A stretch of DNA of 64,000 nucleotides from Candidatus Moraniibacteriota bacterium (GCA_026985555.1 JALSQF010000010.1:26112-90111), one strand, 5' to 3'. Shown: positions 10,396 through 20,862, counted from the stretch's first letter. The notes: generated by a model from the letters alone, not told the origin. Program-made: numbers and translations.

Positions 10396-10453
10396 TCCTT
10401 TCAATCAATAATAAAAAATCTTAATTGAATTAAGATTTTTTATTATTGAAAGG
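10396..10453. terminator. Near-perfect palindrome of about 56 bp between convergent genes (bidirectional terminator candidate)
   Basis: tcctttcaat...aaaaaatcttaattgaattaagatttttt...attgaaagga; the arms are reverse complements except for a 4-nt insertion. Confidence 0.6.
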
Positions 10454-10463
10454 ATATATTTTC

Positions 10464-10499
10464 GGGGTCATTAAAGGGGTCATTAAAGGGGTCATTAAA
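10464..10499 (+). repeat. Tandem 12-bp direct repeat GGGGTCATTAAA x3
   Basis: Three exact head-to-tail units abutting the stop codon of rpmE. The same unit recurs at 57571-57598. Confidence 0.9.
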
Positions 10500-10502
10500 T
10501 TT

Positions 10503-10811
10503 TTATTGTTTTTGTTTTTTCTTTTTTTTAGTTTGATTAGCTTTTTTTAAATTTTCTTTCTTTCTTTTTTGACGCGCTTGTTGAATTTTCTTTTTTTCAA
10601 TCTGTTTTTCTCTAGCTTTTTTAGCTATATGCTTAAAACGATCAACTCTTCCAGCTGTATCAACAACTTTCTTTTTTCCAGTATAAAAGGGATGACACTG
10701 GGAACAAATTTCTACTTCAATATTTTCTTGAGTAGAGCCCACTTCTAAAACAGCGCCACAAGCGCAAGTGATAGTAGTAGTTTTATATTGAGGATGTATC
10801 TCTTTTTTCAT
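10503..10811 (-). CDS. rpmE: 50S ribosomal protein L31 with a lysine-rich C-terminal extension
   Basis: [12 protein letters not shown]..., CxC...CxxC zinc ribbon, then a K-rich tail. Confidence 0.85.
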   Translation of the reverse strand: MKKEIHPQYKTTTITCACGAVLEVGSTQENIEVEICSQCHPFYTGKKKVVDTAGRVDRFKHIAKKAREKQIEKKKIQQARQKRKKENLKKANQTKKKKKQKQ

Positions 10812-11002
10812 TTTTTTAAATTTTCATTTTAAAACAATAAGGTCAGTTTAATAAAAAAAACATTTTTTGTCAACTTTTTTCATAAATTTTAAAAATTTAA
10901 ATAGAATTTATTTTGTTGATTTTTGACTTGACTATTTTTTTAAATTTAATTTAAATTAAGATAGTAACTTAACAAATTTTAATTAGAATAAAAGGAGGAG
11001 AA

Positions 11003-11638
11003 ATGAAAAAATATGATGTGCGTTTTGTATTTTTTACACTATTAGCTAATGCCTTATCTCTGAGTAGATTTGCAGGGATATGGATCTTTTTCTTTTCTGA
11101 CATAGATATTGAAAATAAAATGTGGATATACCTAGTTTTATCCTTAACTGATGCTATTGATGGAACTATGGCCAGATTTGCTAGAAAAAATTTTCAAGGA
11201 GGTACAAAATGGGGAAGCATAATAGAGCATACAGCTGATAAGGCTTTGCATATTCCAGGAGTTATTTTTTTGTATTCAGTGGGAGCTCTAGAGTGGTGGA
11301 TTGTCTGGCCAATAGCGGTGGGAGAAATTTATATATCATTAACTGTTTCTAGACATATTTACATCCAGTTTAAACAGATTTTAATGAAACAAATAGTGGA
11401 AAAGAATAAAGATAAGTCAGAATGGCAGATCTTACTAAAGGTGGCTGGAGAAAATTATATTTCAGAGAGCGGTAAGAAAAAGATGGTAGCTTATACTTTA
11501 GCTGGATTTTTTGTTTTTTTGAATTACTTAAAAAGTTCTTTGATTTTTCATGGTTTTTATTTAACATTTTTTCTAGCTGGTTTGATATTTTGTTGGGAAT
11601 CTCGCAAAGATTATGTTTCTCGTAAAGATTATGTTTAA
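11003..11638 (+). CDS. CDP-alcohol phosphatidyltransferase family protein
   Basis: Motif DAIDGTMARFARKNFQGGTKWGSIIEHTAD matches D-x2-D-G-x2-A-R...G-x3-D/E-x3-D. The C-terminus carries a tandem SRKDYV duplication. Confidence 0.7.
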   Translation: MKKYDVRFVFFTLLANALSLSRFAGIWIFFFSDIDIENKMWIYLVLSLTDAIDGTMARFARKNFQGGTKWGSIIEHTADKALHIPGVIFLYSVGALEWWIVWPIAVGEIYISLTVSRHIYIQFKQILMKQIVEKNKDKSEWQILLKVAGENYISESGKKKMVAYTLAGFFVFLNYLKSSLIFHGFYLTFFLAGLIFCWESRKDYVSRKDYV

Positions 11639-11732
11639 TTAAGCAACTATTTTTTATTTAAAATTTTAAAAGATAGTTGCTTTTTTTATATAAATTAGTT
11701 TAATATGTTATAATAAAGTATAAAATTTTTTT

Positions 11733-13535
11733 ATGAGTCAAGTTACCGATGAAATAAAATCTAGAATTAATTTAGTTGATTTGGTAGGGGAATATGTGCG
11801 TTTGCAAAAAGCGGGAACGAATTGGAAAGGACTCTGCCCTTTTCATAACGAAAAAACCCCTTCTTTTGTAGTAAGTGAAGAGAAACAGATTTGGCATTGT
11901 TTTGGTTGCGGGAAGGGAGGAGATATTTTTAGTTTTTTAATGGAAATAGAGGGTCTAGATTTTAAAGATGCTCTAAAAATTTTAGCTGAAAAATCAGGAG
12001 TGCAATTATCAAACTATTTAAAAAACGATTTTTCATCTAAGAAAAAAAATGAAATTAGAGACATATTAGAATTAGCTACAAAATTTTACGAAAAACAATT
12101 ATGGAAAGGAGCTGGCAAAAAAAAAGCTTTAAATTACTTAAAAGAACGAGGATTGAAAGATGATATTATTAAGAAATTTCGTTTAGGATATGCTTTGCCA
12201 GGATGGCATTATCTTCAAAATTTTTTGTTAAAAAAAGGATATTCTTTAGAACAAATAGAATCCACAGGTTTATTGGTAAGACGTCAAGATAATAACAAAA
12301 TTTATGATCGTTTTCGTGAAAGAATTATCTTTCCTATTTTAAACACGCAGGAACAAGTTGTTGGTTATTCAGCGCGAACAATTTCTCAAGAAGAAAAAAC
12401 ACAAGCAAAATATATCAATACTCCCGAAACAATCCTTTATCATAAAAGTCAAATACTGTATGGGATTGATAAAGCAAAATTAGCTATTAAACAAAACAAT
12501 CAGGTAGTATTAGTGGAGGGCAATATGGATGTAATAGCTTGTCATCAAGCAGGTTTAAATTTTGTGGTAGCTGTTTCGGGAACAGCTCTTACTTTAGATC
12601 AATTAAAAATTTTAAAACGTTATACTAGAAATTTAAAATTATTTTTTGATATGGATGAAGCTGGACAACAGGCTGCTCAAAAAAGCGCTAAATTAGCTTT
12701 TCAAGAAGAATTTAATGTAGAATTAATTTCTTCTACGCAAGGAAAAGATGCGGCTGAAATAGCAAAAGAAAATCCTAATAAATTAGTAAAAAGCATTAAA
12801 GAATCTCAACCAGCTATGCAATATTTTTTAAAAGTATTTTTAAAAAAATATGATATTAATACAGCTTCAGGTCAAAAAAAAATAGTAGCAGAAAGTTTAG
12901 AAATGATTAAGAATTTTAATAATCCTATAGAAAAAGAATATTGGTTAAAAGAATTAGCAAAGATAATTAAAATAGAAAAAGATATTTTATTAGGATTATT
13001 AAATGATTTAAAAAATGAACCAGTTATTTCAAAGAAAACTATTGAAAAAAGATTATTATCTAAAGAAAACAAAGACAAAAAAAATAGAATAAAAATTATT
13101 TTAAAGGAGATAACCGGATTAATTTTAAATGATTCTTCTTTATGGAAAAAAATAGTTATTAAAAATGAAAAATATCCTTTATTAAAATTAGATAATTATC
13201 TGTGGAACAAAATTATTTTAGAGTATGGACCAAAAATTAATTATAATTTTGACGAATTAAGAATTTATTTACAGGATGAAAAAATAAGGCAAGAATTAGA
13301 AAGGCAATATTTCAATACACGTTATGATTTTGAAAATGAAAGCCTAAACGATTTTAATTCGGTAGGTATTGAAAAAAAATTTAAAAAACTCTATAATGAG
13401 TTAGAGAAAGAAATAGCAAAAAATAAATTAACCGAATTGGAAAAACAAATAAAAGAAGCAGAAGCTAAAGGTGATCATAAACTTCGTCAACAATTGATGA
13501 AGGAATTTGTTTATTTCTCTAAAAAGACTACTTAA
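11733..13535 (+). CDS. dnaG: DNA primase
   Basis: Zinc-binding CPFHNEKTPSF...CFGCG, a TOPRIM region (VLVEGNMDV), and the dnaG-rpoD synteny. Confidence 0.9.
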   Translation: MSQVTDEIKSRINLVDLVGEYVRLQKAGTNWKGLCPFHNEKTPSFVVSEEKQIWHCFGCGKGGDIFSFLMEIEGLDFKDALKILAEKSGVQLSNYLKNDFSSKKKNEIRDILELATKFYEKQLWKGAGKKKALNYLKERGLKDDIIKKFRLGYALPGWHYLQNFLLKKGYSLEQIESTGLLVRRQDNNKIYDRFRERIIFPILNTQEQVVGYSARTISQEEKTQAKYINTPETILYHKSQILYGIDKAKLAIKQNNQVVLVEGNMDVIACHQAGLNFVVAVSGTALTLDQLKILKRYTRNLKLFFDMDEAGQQAAQKSAKLAFQEEFNVELISSTQGKDAAEIAKENPNKLVKSIKESQPAMQYFLKVFLKKYDINTASGQKKIVAESLEMIKNFNNPIEKEYWLKELAKIIKIEKDILLGLLNDLKNEPVISKKTIEKRLLSKENKDKKNRIKIILKEITGLILNDSSLWKKIVIKNEKYPLLKLDNYLWNKIILEYGPKINYNFDELRIYLQDEKIRQELERQYFNTRYDFENESLNDFNSVGIEKKFKKLYNELEKEIAKNKLTELEKQIKEAEAKGDHKLRQQLMKEFVYFSKKTT

Positions 13536-13590
13536 TTTTTTTTGAATATTTTTTTAGAAATTTCTTTAAAATATGTAACATTATTAAAAT

Positions 13591-14991
13591 ATGGCTAAAA
13601 AAACAAATCAAACTAAATCTAAATCTTCTTGTAAATCAAAAAGGAGATTAAAAAAAGCAAAAACCAAAAAACGAACTAAGTCTAAAAAAAGTCAAAAGAA
13701 AAAAATTGTTACAAAGACTACTGCTAAAAGAAAAAAAACTAATAAAAAAAGAAAGTTGAGTTCTAGAGGTAGAAAGAAAACCAGAAAAAAACAATTAAAA
13801 TCTAGAAGAACTACAAAGCAAAAAAGAAAAACTGCAAGCAAAAAAAGCAAAAAAAATATTAACAGTTTTTTTGACGATTTAATAATGCGTGGTAAACAAA
13901 GAGGTTTTATCACGGAAGATGAAATTATTCATTCCTTTCCAGAAATAGAAAAAGAATTAGATGAACTGGAAAATCTTTATGAAAAATTAGAAAAATTAGG
14001 TATTAAGGTGATTACTTCAGGAGAAATGATAAAGATTGATACAGAAAAAATTGCAGAAGACTTTGAAAAAAAGAAAAAAAACAAAAAGCAAAAAAAGAAT
14101 AAAACTAAAAAAGAAAATATTAAAGAAGAAGTAAATAAAGCAACAGATATTCCAGAAAAAAATCCTAATGACCTCGTTCAAATGTATTTGCAAGAAATTG
14201 GAAAGGTTGATTTACTTACTCCTGAGGAAGAAGTAAAATTAGCTAAACGAATAGAAAAAGGAGATCAAGCGGCTAAACAAAAACTGACAGAAGCTAATTT
14301 AAGATTAGTGGTGAGTATTGCTAAAAAATATGTGGGAAGATCTCAAAATATGTCTATGTTAGATTTAATTCAAGAAGGAAACATGGGACTTTTTAGGGCG
14401 GTAGAAAAATTTGATTATCATAAAGGTTATAAATTTTCTACTTATGCAACTTGGTGGATTAGGCAGGCTATTACACGCGCTTTAGCGGATCAATCTCGCA
14501 CTATTCGTATTCCTGTGCATATGATTGAAACAATTAATAAGTTTGTTCAAATAACTCGTCGTTTGGTGCAAGAATTAGGAAGGGAACCATTAGTAGAAGA
14601 GATAGCGGCTGAAATGAATTTGCCGGCTGATAAAGTAAGGCATATTCAAAAAATTTCCCAAGAAACGGTTTCCTTAGAAACAACCATCGGTAGTAGTGAT
14701 GATGATAGTGTTTTAGGAGATTTTATTGAAGATACAGAAACATTAATGCCCCATAAAGCGGCTGCGCGTAAATTATTAAAAAAACATCTCTCAGAAGTGT
14801 TAAGTGAATTAAATCCACGAGAACAAAAAATTTTAAAAATCAGGTTTGGTTTAGAAGATGGAGTAATTCATACTTTAGAAGAAGTTGGACAAGAATTTGG
14901 AGTAACGAGAGAAAGAATTAGGCAAATAGAATCTAAAGCCTTAGAGAAAATTCGCAAACAACAAGGGATGGAAAAATTAAAGGATTATTGA
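13591..14991 (+). CDS. rpoD: RNA polymerase sigma-70 factor with a lysine-rich N-terminal extension of about 95 aa
   Basis: Region 2 ([10 protein letters not shown]..., [10 protein letters not shown]) and region 4 (LTPREQKIL...RERIRQIE) signatures. Confidence 0.92.
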   Translation: MAKKTNQTKSKSSCKSKRRLKKAKTKKRTKSKKSQKKKIVTKTTAKRKKTNKKRKLSSRGRKKTRKKQLKSRRTTKQKRKTASKKSKKNINSFFDDLIMRGKQRGFITEDEIIHSFPEIEKELDELENLYEKLEKLGIKVITSGEMIKIDTEKIAEDFEKKKKNKKQKKNKTKKENIKEEVNKATDIPEKNPNDLVQMYLQEIGKVDLLTPEEEVKLAKRIEKGDQAAKQKLTEANLRLVVSIAKKYVGRSQNMSMLDLIQEGNMGLFRAVEKFDYHKGYKFSTYATWWIRQAITRALADQSRTIRIPVHMIETINKFVQITRRLVQELGREPLVEEIAAEMNLPADKVRHIQKISQETVSLETTIGSSDDDSVLGDFIEDTETLMPHKAAARKLLKKHLSEVLSELNPREQKILKIRFGLEDGVIHTLEEVGQEFGVTRERIRQIESKALEKIRKQQGMEKLKDY

Positions 14992-15009
14992 TATGAAAAA
15001 GGAGGTAAA

Positions 15010-15207
15010 ATGAAAGAGTGCGCCTATGTTTTTTCAGGAAAGCAAATATATTATTGCGACAACTGTAAACAACATTTAGTAGAAATAAAAGAGAGTGAAG
15101 GATTAGTTTTTTTACAATGCAATAACTGCGAAAAAAAATTTTTTAAAATAAAAGGAAGTCAAAATATATATCCTTATGTTAAAATTTTATGTAAAAGAAA
15201 TAGCTGA
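15010..15207 (+). CDS. Small zinc-ribbon protein, hypothetical
   Basis: Two CxxC pairs (CDNCKQH...CNNCEKK) and a strong RBS (aaaggaggtaaaATG). Confidence 0.45.
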   Translation: MKECAYVFSGKQIYYCDNCKQHLVEIKESEGLVFLQCNNCEKKFFKIKGSQNIYPYVKILCKRNS

Positions 15208-15219
15208 TAATTTTCTTTA

Positions 15220-15270
15220 GGCAAACAGTTTGTTTGCTAATAGCACCAGTCTTTAAGACTGGTTTTTTTA
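15220..15270 (+). terminator. Rho-independent terminator (two hairpins plus a T-run)
   Basis: gcaaacagtttgtttgc and accagtctttaagactggt, followed by ttttttt. Confidence 0.7.
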
Positions 15271-15331
15271 TTCATTAATCAATGATATTATTATAAATAA
15301 GCATTTTCTATGTAATAAATAATTTTCAAAA

Positions 15332-16069
15332 ATGAAATCAGAAAAAATATTAGGAGTTAAGATAGATAATCTTTCTAAAAAAGAAATTAAAGAAAAAATA
15401 AATTTTTATTTGTTTAATCAAAAAAATAAGACTCATCAAATAGCAACTATTAATCCAGAATTTATTTTATTAGCGCAAAAAAATAAAGTTTTTAAGGAAG
15501 TATTAAATAAAAGTAGTCTAAAAGTGACAGACGGTTTTGGAATAAAAGTGGCTTTCTGGCTAAAAAGAAAAAAAAATAAAACACGTTGGACAGGAGTAGA
15601 TTTATTAAATTACATTTTATTTTTAAGCAATAAAAATAATCTGAAAATTTTTCTTTTAACTAATAAAAAGGGATTATCTTTATGGAAAGAAACAGCTCAA
15701 GCTATAGAAAAAAAATATCCTTATCTTTTAATTAGGGGATATGATTATGAAATTAAACTGGATAATACAACAATAAAAAATATTCAAGATAAAGTAAAAA
15801 ATTCTCAGGCAGATATTTTATTTTGCAACTGGGGAGCTCCTCAACAAGAAATTATACTTTCTTATCTAGTTAATGCTAATATTTCTTTAAAATTAGTTAT
15901 GGGAGTAGGAGGAAGTTTTGATTTTTTAACACAAAAATTAAAACGAGCTCCTTTGTGGATGAGAAAAATAGGATTAGAATGGCTTTATCGTTTTTATCAA
16001 CAACCTTGGAGATGGAAAAGAATTTTTAATGCAACTATTGTTTTTCTTTGGAAAGTGATAAAATCTTAA
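15332..16069 (+). CDS. WecB/TagA/CpsF-family glycosyltransferase
   Basis: Blocks TINPEFIL, VTDGFGI, GAPQQE and MGVGGSFDF typical of the Glyco_tran_WecB family; 245 aa. Confidence 0.75.
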   Translation: MKSEKILGVKIDNLSKKEIKEKINFYLFNQKNKTHQIATINPEFILLAQKNKVFKEVLNKSSLKVTDGFGIKVAFWLKRKKNKTRWTGVDLLNYILFLSNKNNLKIFLLTNKKGLSLWKETAQAIEKKYPYLLIRGYDYEIKLDNTTIKNIQDKVKNSQADILFCNWGAPQQEIILSYLVNANISLKLVMGVGGSFDFLTQKLKRAPLWMRKIGLEWLYRFYQQPWRWKRIFNATIVFLWKVIKS

Positions 16070-16223
16070 TTAAAAAAGGATATTATAAATATTTTAAAAG
16101 CAACTAAGTTTTTTTAGCGCAATTTCCAAATTTTAATTTTTGAAAAATCCTAAAATTGAGTTTGAAAAAGTTAAGTTGAAAATTTAGTAAAAGTTTTCAT
16201 AAATTGATTAGGGTATAATTTAT

Positions 16224-16252
16224 TTGTCAATCAACAATTAGAGTGATATAAT
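16224..16252 (+). promoter_or_regulatory. Sigma-70-like promoter upstream of mraY
   Basis: TTGTCA-N17-TATAAT. Confidence 0.5.
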
Positions 16253-16274
16253 TTTTTTAGATAATTTTTTATTT

Positions 16275-17372
16275 ATGCAAGTTGCTCAAATACAAACTAT
16301 TCCAGAAGTATTTAATTTATTAAAAATTCTTTTTACGGGATTAATTAGTTTTAGTTTAGCTTTTTTCATTATTCCTTTTTGGACTAAATTTTTATATAAA
16401 AATAAAATAGGAATTAAAATAAAAAAAACTTCAGTTAACGGAGAAAAATTAAAGTTTGTTAACAAATTGCATGCTAAAAAAGAAGGAACACCGACAATGG
16501 GAGGAGCTACCATTTGGTTTTCTGTTCTTATATTGGCCTTTCTTTCTCATTATTTTTTTCCTGTTTTAGCTGATTGGTTAGATATTAATTCTTTAGCGCG
16601 TCTTGATTTTTTAAGTCGTTCTCAAACATGGTTACCGCTTTTTGCTTTAGTTGCTGCTGGTATATTAGGATTATTTGACGATGTTATGAGTGTGAAAGGA
16701 TGGGGAAAAAATAAAGGAGGAGGAATGAGATTTATTATGAGATTTGGATGGTTAGTTTTAATTGCTTCTGTGGGAGCGTGGTGGTTTTATAGTAAATTAG
16801 GTTGGGATAAAATTCATGTTCCAGCTGTGGGAGATTTTTCTATCGGTCTATGGTATATTCCCTTATTTATTTTTGTAATTTTGTTTAGTGCTATTTCATC
16901 TAACGAAACGGATGGGCTAGATGGTTTAAATGGAGGTGTTTTACTAATGGCTTTTGGTGCTTTTGCTACGATTGCTTTTTCCCAAAATAAAATGGATTTA
17001 GCTTCTTTTTGTTTGGCTATTGATGGTGCTCTTTTAGCTTTTCTTTGGTTTAATATCTATCCAGCTCGTTTTTTTATGGGAGATACAGGCGCAGTTTCTC
17101 TTGGCGCAACTTTAGGTGTTATCGCTATGCTTACTAATTCAGTAATTATTTTATTTATTGCTGTTTTGATTTATGTTATAGAATCTCTTAGTGTTATTAT
17201 TCAATTAACTAGTAAAAAATTTTTTCATAAAAAAGTGTTTTTAGCTGCACCAATCCATCATCATTTTGAAGCTAAGGGGTGGCCAGAACCTAAGGTTGTG
17301 ATGCGAGCTTGGATTTTTACTATTTTAACCAGTGTATTAGCTGTGATTATTGGAATCATAGGAAAAGGATAA
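16275..17372 (+). CDS. mraY: Phospho-N-acetylmuramoyl-pentapeptide transferase
   Basis: MraY signatures NETDGLDGL, FMGDTGAVSLGA and PIHHHFE; about 10 TM helices. Confidence 0.85.
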   Translation: MQVAQIQTIPEVFNLLKILFTGLISFSLAFFIIPFWTKFLYKNKIGIKIKKTSVNGEKLKFVNKLHAKKEGTPTMGGATIWFSVLILAFLSHYFFPVLADWLDINSLARLDFLSRSQTWLPLFALVAAGILGLFDDVMSVKGWGKNKGGGMRFIMRFGWLVLIASVGAWWFYSKLGWDKIHVPAVGDFSIGLWYIPLFIFVILFSAISSNETDGLDGLNGGVLLMAFGAFATIAFSQNKMDLASFCLAIDGALLAFLWFNIYPARFFMGDTGAVSLGATLGVIAMLTNSVIILFIAVLIYVIESLSVIIQLTSKKFFHKKVFLAAPIHHHFEAKGWPEPKVVMRAWIFTILTSVLAVIIGIIGKG

Positions 17373-17393
17373 TTTTTTTATTATTTTAAATTT

Positions 17394-18293
17394 ATGCCAG
17401 AACTACCAGAAGTAGAAACCATTGTTAGAGATCTTCAAAAGAATATTCAAGGAGATGTTATTGTTGATTTTTGGAGTGATTGGAAAAAGTCTTTAAAAAA
17501 TATTAGTTTTAGTAAGTTTAAAAAAGAAATTCAAGGAATAAAAATTTTAGAAATTAAAAGAATAGGAAAAAATATTTTTCTTAACTTAAGCAATAAGAAA
17601 ACAATCTATATCCACTTAAAAATGACCGGACATTTATTGATAAAAACTAAAAAGAAAAAGAATAAGTATTTTGAAGAAAAAGTTAATCAATATATCCATC
17701 ATATTTGGTTTTTATGTTCTGTAAATTGTCAACAGAAAAAAAGGCAGAGAAAAATTAAAAAAAATGATTATGATAAAACATTAGCATTTTCTGATTTAAG
17801 AAAATTTGCTAAAATAAAATTAATTGATACAAGTAAAATAGAAAATTTATCTGAAATTAAAAATTTAGGAACAGATGTTAATAGTAAAGAATTTACTTTG
17901 AAAAATTTTTTAAAACTTTTAGAAAGGAAACCTCAAAGTTTAATTGGAAATATATTGATGAATCAAAAGGTAATGGCAGGAATAGGTAATATTTATAGAA
18001 GTGAAATTTTATTTGATGCTAAAATTAGTCCTTTTCGTAAGGTAAAAGATTTAAGCGCAAAAGAAAAGAAAAATATTTATAAAAGTATTAAAAAAATAAT
18101 TCAAAAGGCTATTCAAAAAAGAGGAACATCAGATAGTGATTATCGCGATACGCAGGGACGCAAGGGAAATTTTCATAATTATTTACGTGTTTATCATAAA
18201 GAAGGAGAAAAGTGTTGGCGTTGTCCAGGAAGGATAGTTCGTGATAAAATAGGACAGAGAAGTGTTTTCTGGTGCAAAGAATGTCAAAAATAA
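17394..18293 (+). CDS. fpg: Formamidopyrimidine-DNA glycosylase / endonuclease VIII family
   Basis: The N-terminus PELPEVE, a H2TH region and a C-terminal zinc finger CWRC...CKEC. Confidence 0.8.
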   Translation: MPELPEVETIVRDLQKNIQGDVIVDFWSDWKKSLKNISFSKFKKEIQGIKILEIKRIGKNIFLNLSNKKTIYIHLKMTGHLLIKTKKKKNKYFEEKVNQYIHHIWFLCSVNCQQKKRQRKIKKNDYDKTLAFSDLRKFAKIKLIDTSKIENLSEIKNLGTDVNSKEFTLKNFLKLLERKPQSLIGNILMNQKVMAGIGNIYRSEILFDAKISPFRKVKDLSAKEKKNIYKSIKKIIQKAIQKRGTSDSDYRDTQGRKGNFHNYLRVYHKEGEKCWRCPGRIVRDKIGQRSVFWCKECQK

Positions 18294-18325
18294 ATTAATT
18301 TTAATTCTAATTAAAATAAAAAAAT

Positions 18326-19423
18326 ATGGAAAAAAAATATAAATATCTAATTGCTTTATTAGCGATAATAATTATAGGAATAGGATATTATTTTATTAGT
18401 GCAAGGCAAACATTAAGACAAAAAAGAATTAGAGAAATCAAACAAAAGGATGAAAAATTAGTTAAAGAAATGCCAGTGGTTAATCAAGGTCCTGTTAGTC
18501 CAATTAGTGGATTAAGTTGTGAAAATTGGAACCGTCGCCCTCTAGCTGTTATGCAGGCAGCTGATGTAGAAGCGCGTCCAGCAGCAGGATTTTCTCAAGC
18601 CGATATGGTAATAGAAATGCCGGTCATTACAGCTTCTATTACTCGGTTAATGGGAATTTATATTTGTAATTTGCCTCCAGAAGTAGGATCAATGAGAAGT
18701 TCGCGACATGATTTTATTCATTTAGCTAAAGGTTTAGATGCTATTTATGCCCATTGGGGCGGATCTCATTTTGCTAAAGAGATTTTAAATAAAAAAGTGA
18801 TAGATAATTTAAATTGTAATGATGATGGAGGAAGATCAGCCGGAAAATGTTGTTTTCGTAAGGCAGGAATGTCTAGAGGTGTAGATAGTGGTTATGCTCA
18901 TCCAACTAAATTATTAGAATGTGCTAAAGATTTTGGTTATAGATTAAAAGGGGAATTTTCTGGTTATCAACATCAAAAAGAATTAGCTCGCGACGAACGT
19001 CCTAAAGGTGGACATTTAAGAGTTGGTTTTGCTGGACCTTATGGTGTAAGTTACGATTATGATCCAGAAACAAACACTTATTTAAGAACATGGGGAGGAA
19101 AAGAAGATACTGATCGTAACAACGGACAACGATTAGCTCCTAAAAATGTTGTTGTGATGATGGCTAATAGTGAACAAATTGAAGGACAATACAATAATGT
19201 TCAGCTAGGTGATCCTTGGTATGATGTTACTGATTCTGGAGAAGCTCATTATTATCTTAACGGAAGAGTTTATAGAGGAACCTGGAAAAAGGACAAATCT
19301 AACATAGCTAGTAAATTATTTTTTTATGATGAAAAGGGAGAAGAAATGAAGTTTGTTCCTGGTCAAATTTGGGTAGAAATTCTAGAGCCAGGGCAAAATT
19401 TGAAATGGACCCCGGCGCTATAA
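18326..19423 (+). CDS. Membrane-anchored/secreted protein, DUF3048-like (YerB-like)
   Basis: N-terminal TM/signal anchor, Cys-rich region and GFSQADMVIEMPV block. Family assignment is by eye only. Confidence 0.4.
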   Translation: MEKKYKYLIALLAIIIIGIGYYFISARQTLRQKRIREIKQKDEKLVKEMPVVNQGPVSPISGLSCENWNRRPLAVMQAADVEARPAAGFSQADMVIEMPVITASITRLMGIYICNLPPEVGSMRSSRHDFIHLAKGLDAIYAHWGGSHFAKEILNKKVIDNLNCNDDGGRSAGKCCFRKAGMSRGVDSGYAHPTKLLECAKDFGYRLKGEFSGYQHQKELARDERPKGGHLRVGFAGPYGVSYDYDPETNTYLRTWGGKEDTDRNNGQRLAPKNVVVMMANSEQIEGQYNNVQLGDPWYDVTDSGEAHYYLNGRVYRGTWKKDKSNIASKLFFYDEKGEEMKFVPGQIWVEILEPGQNLKWTPAL

Positions 19424-19845
19424 ATAATATTCAACTTTTTAGCAGTTAAAATTTTTTATTTATTTTAAAACCCCCTGTTAGCAAAAAGCTACCAGGGGGA
19501 TTGTATTAGTCAATTAAATGGATATTCTTCTACGAAAAATATTAACAACAAAAAAGTTTGTACAAAGTAATCATTTTATAATTTTATATATGCTTTTATT
19601 ACACTTTTAATGGTAATGGCAATAAAATTTTGGTTATAAAATTTTACTAAATTTTTAAAAGCATTAATAATTGACAATGAATTAAGTTTAATTTTTTGAT
19701 TAGATTAATAAAATTATTCTAGAAATTATATAGGTTGTCCATATAAATTATTTTTATTTTTATCCTATTGTATATTATTTTTTCCTTATTCAATGTTAGT
19801 CTTTTTGTAAAAATAAAACTTATTTTTAATATTTATTCTTCTCTT

Positions 19846-19883
19846 TTTCTGGCTATTTAAATATCCATTTAAATAGCCAGAAA
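19846..19883. repeat. Palindromic repeat element, copy 1 (TTTCTGGCTATTTAAAT-ATCCAT-TTAAATAGCCAGAAA)
   Basis: Perfect 14-nt arms, intergenic position, flanked by T- and A-runs. Confidence 0.9.
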
Positions 19884-20028
19884 GAATTAATTTTGAAAAT
19901 ATACATATAAAACTAATAAAAATTTAATGTTTTAGAAGGTATTGACAGAACAGAAAAAATGTACTAAAACAACAGGTTAATTTAGTTATTTAAAAACTTA
20001 ATAAAAAATAAAAATCAAGGAGGAAAAG

Positions 20029-20850
20029 ATGAAAAAGATTATTTTGTTATTATTTTTATTTCTAGTCCAGGGTGGTTTTGTTGCATCTAGTTATTCTGGG
20101 CAACCAGAACAAAAAGAAGTAGTAAAGATGGAAGGAAATAATTTGATTATCTATCAAATTATTTCCTTGAAAATAGAGAAAAAACGTTTTTTAAATATAT
20201 TTTCACCAGAAGCATTGGCTCTAGTAACACAAATAACACAAACGCCAGAAATAAATTTAAAAAAAATTTATATGCTGGCGGAGGGGAAAGCCGAAAAGAT
20301 ATTATTTTCTCAAAAATTAGAGAAAATAATATTTGGATTTCCTTTGAAATATAAACTGAGAAATAATTACCTGTTCTTAAACAAAAGAACAGGTAGAATA
20401 GAAAAGAGGATAGAAATTGGAGAAGAGGATGCGTCAATTCTAACTCTAATGGCTGTATTGTCTATTCTTTCTCCGGGTGTATTTATATTTATGTATTATT
20501 TGCATTGCAAAGACTATTATTGCAAGCAAAATCAGATTATTTGGTTGTGTTGTTTATTACTTGTGGGCGCATTACTGAGCGCCTTATTTGGATTATTTGG
20601 TGGCGTTATTAGTTTGGTAGTGCCACTGTTTCTAGGTGCAGTGTTGGGATATGTTGCAGAATTCTATTTAAAAGAATTAAATGGAATTCTGTTTGGAGTA
20701 TATATGACATTATTTATTTATTTGCCAATCAGTTTTTTAGTTGAAAAAATAGGATGGCAAAATGCCATGGCCACTCAATATCTGCTAATGCTATTGTTAA
20801 TTTGTGTTATTGCTATAGCATTGGCGCAATTTATAAAAAAAAGAAAATGA
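20029..20850 (+). CDS. Integral membrane protein, hypothetical (signal peptide plus multiple TM)
   Basis: Strong RBS (aaggaggaaaagATG) and a hydrophobic profile. Confidence 0.45.
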   Translation: MKKIILLLFLFLVQGGFVASSYSGQPEQKEVVKMEGNNLIIYQIISLKIEKKRFLNIFSPEALALVTQITQTPEINLKKIYMLAEGKAEKILFSQKLEKIIFGFPLKYKLRNNYLFLNKRTGRIEKRIEIGEEDASILTLMAVLSILSPGVFIFMYYLHCKDYYCKQNQIIWLCCLLLVGALLSALFGLFGGVISLVVPLFLGAVLGYVAEFYLKELNGILFGVYMTLFIYLPISFLVEKIGWQNAMATQYLLMLLLICVIAIALAQFIKKRK

Positions 20851-20862
20851 ATAAAAATTTTA

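Noticed and set aside
10464-10499. Could the GGGGTCATTAAA arrays be a CRISPR array?
   Set aside because: The units are contiguous with no spacers, the period is only 12 bp, and no cas genes are nearby.
19466-19503. Hairpin ccccctg...caggggg after the DUF3048-like gene, considered as a terminator.
   Set aside because: The loop is 15 nt and no U-tract follows on the plus strand. The T-run is on the wrong side for the upstream gene, so it was not listed as a feature.
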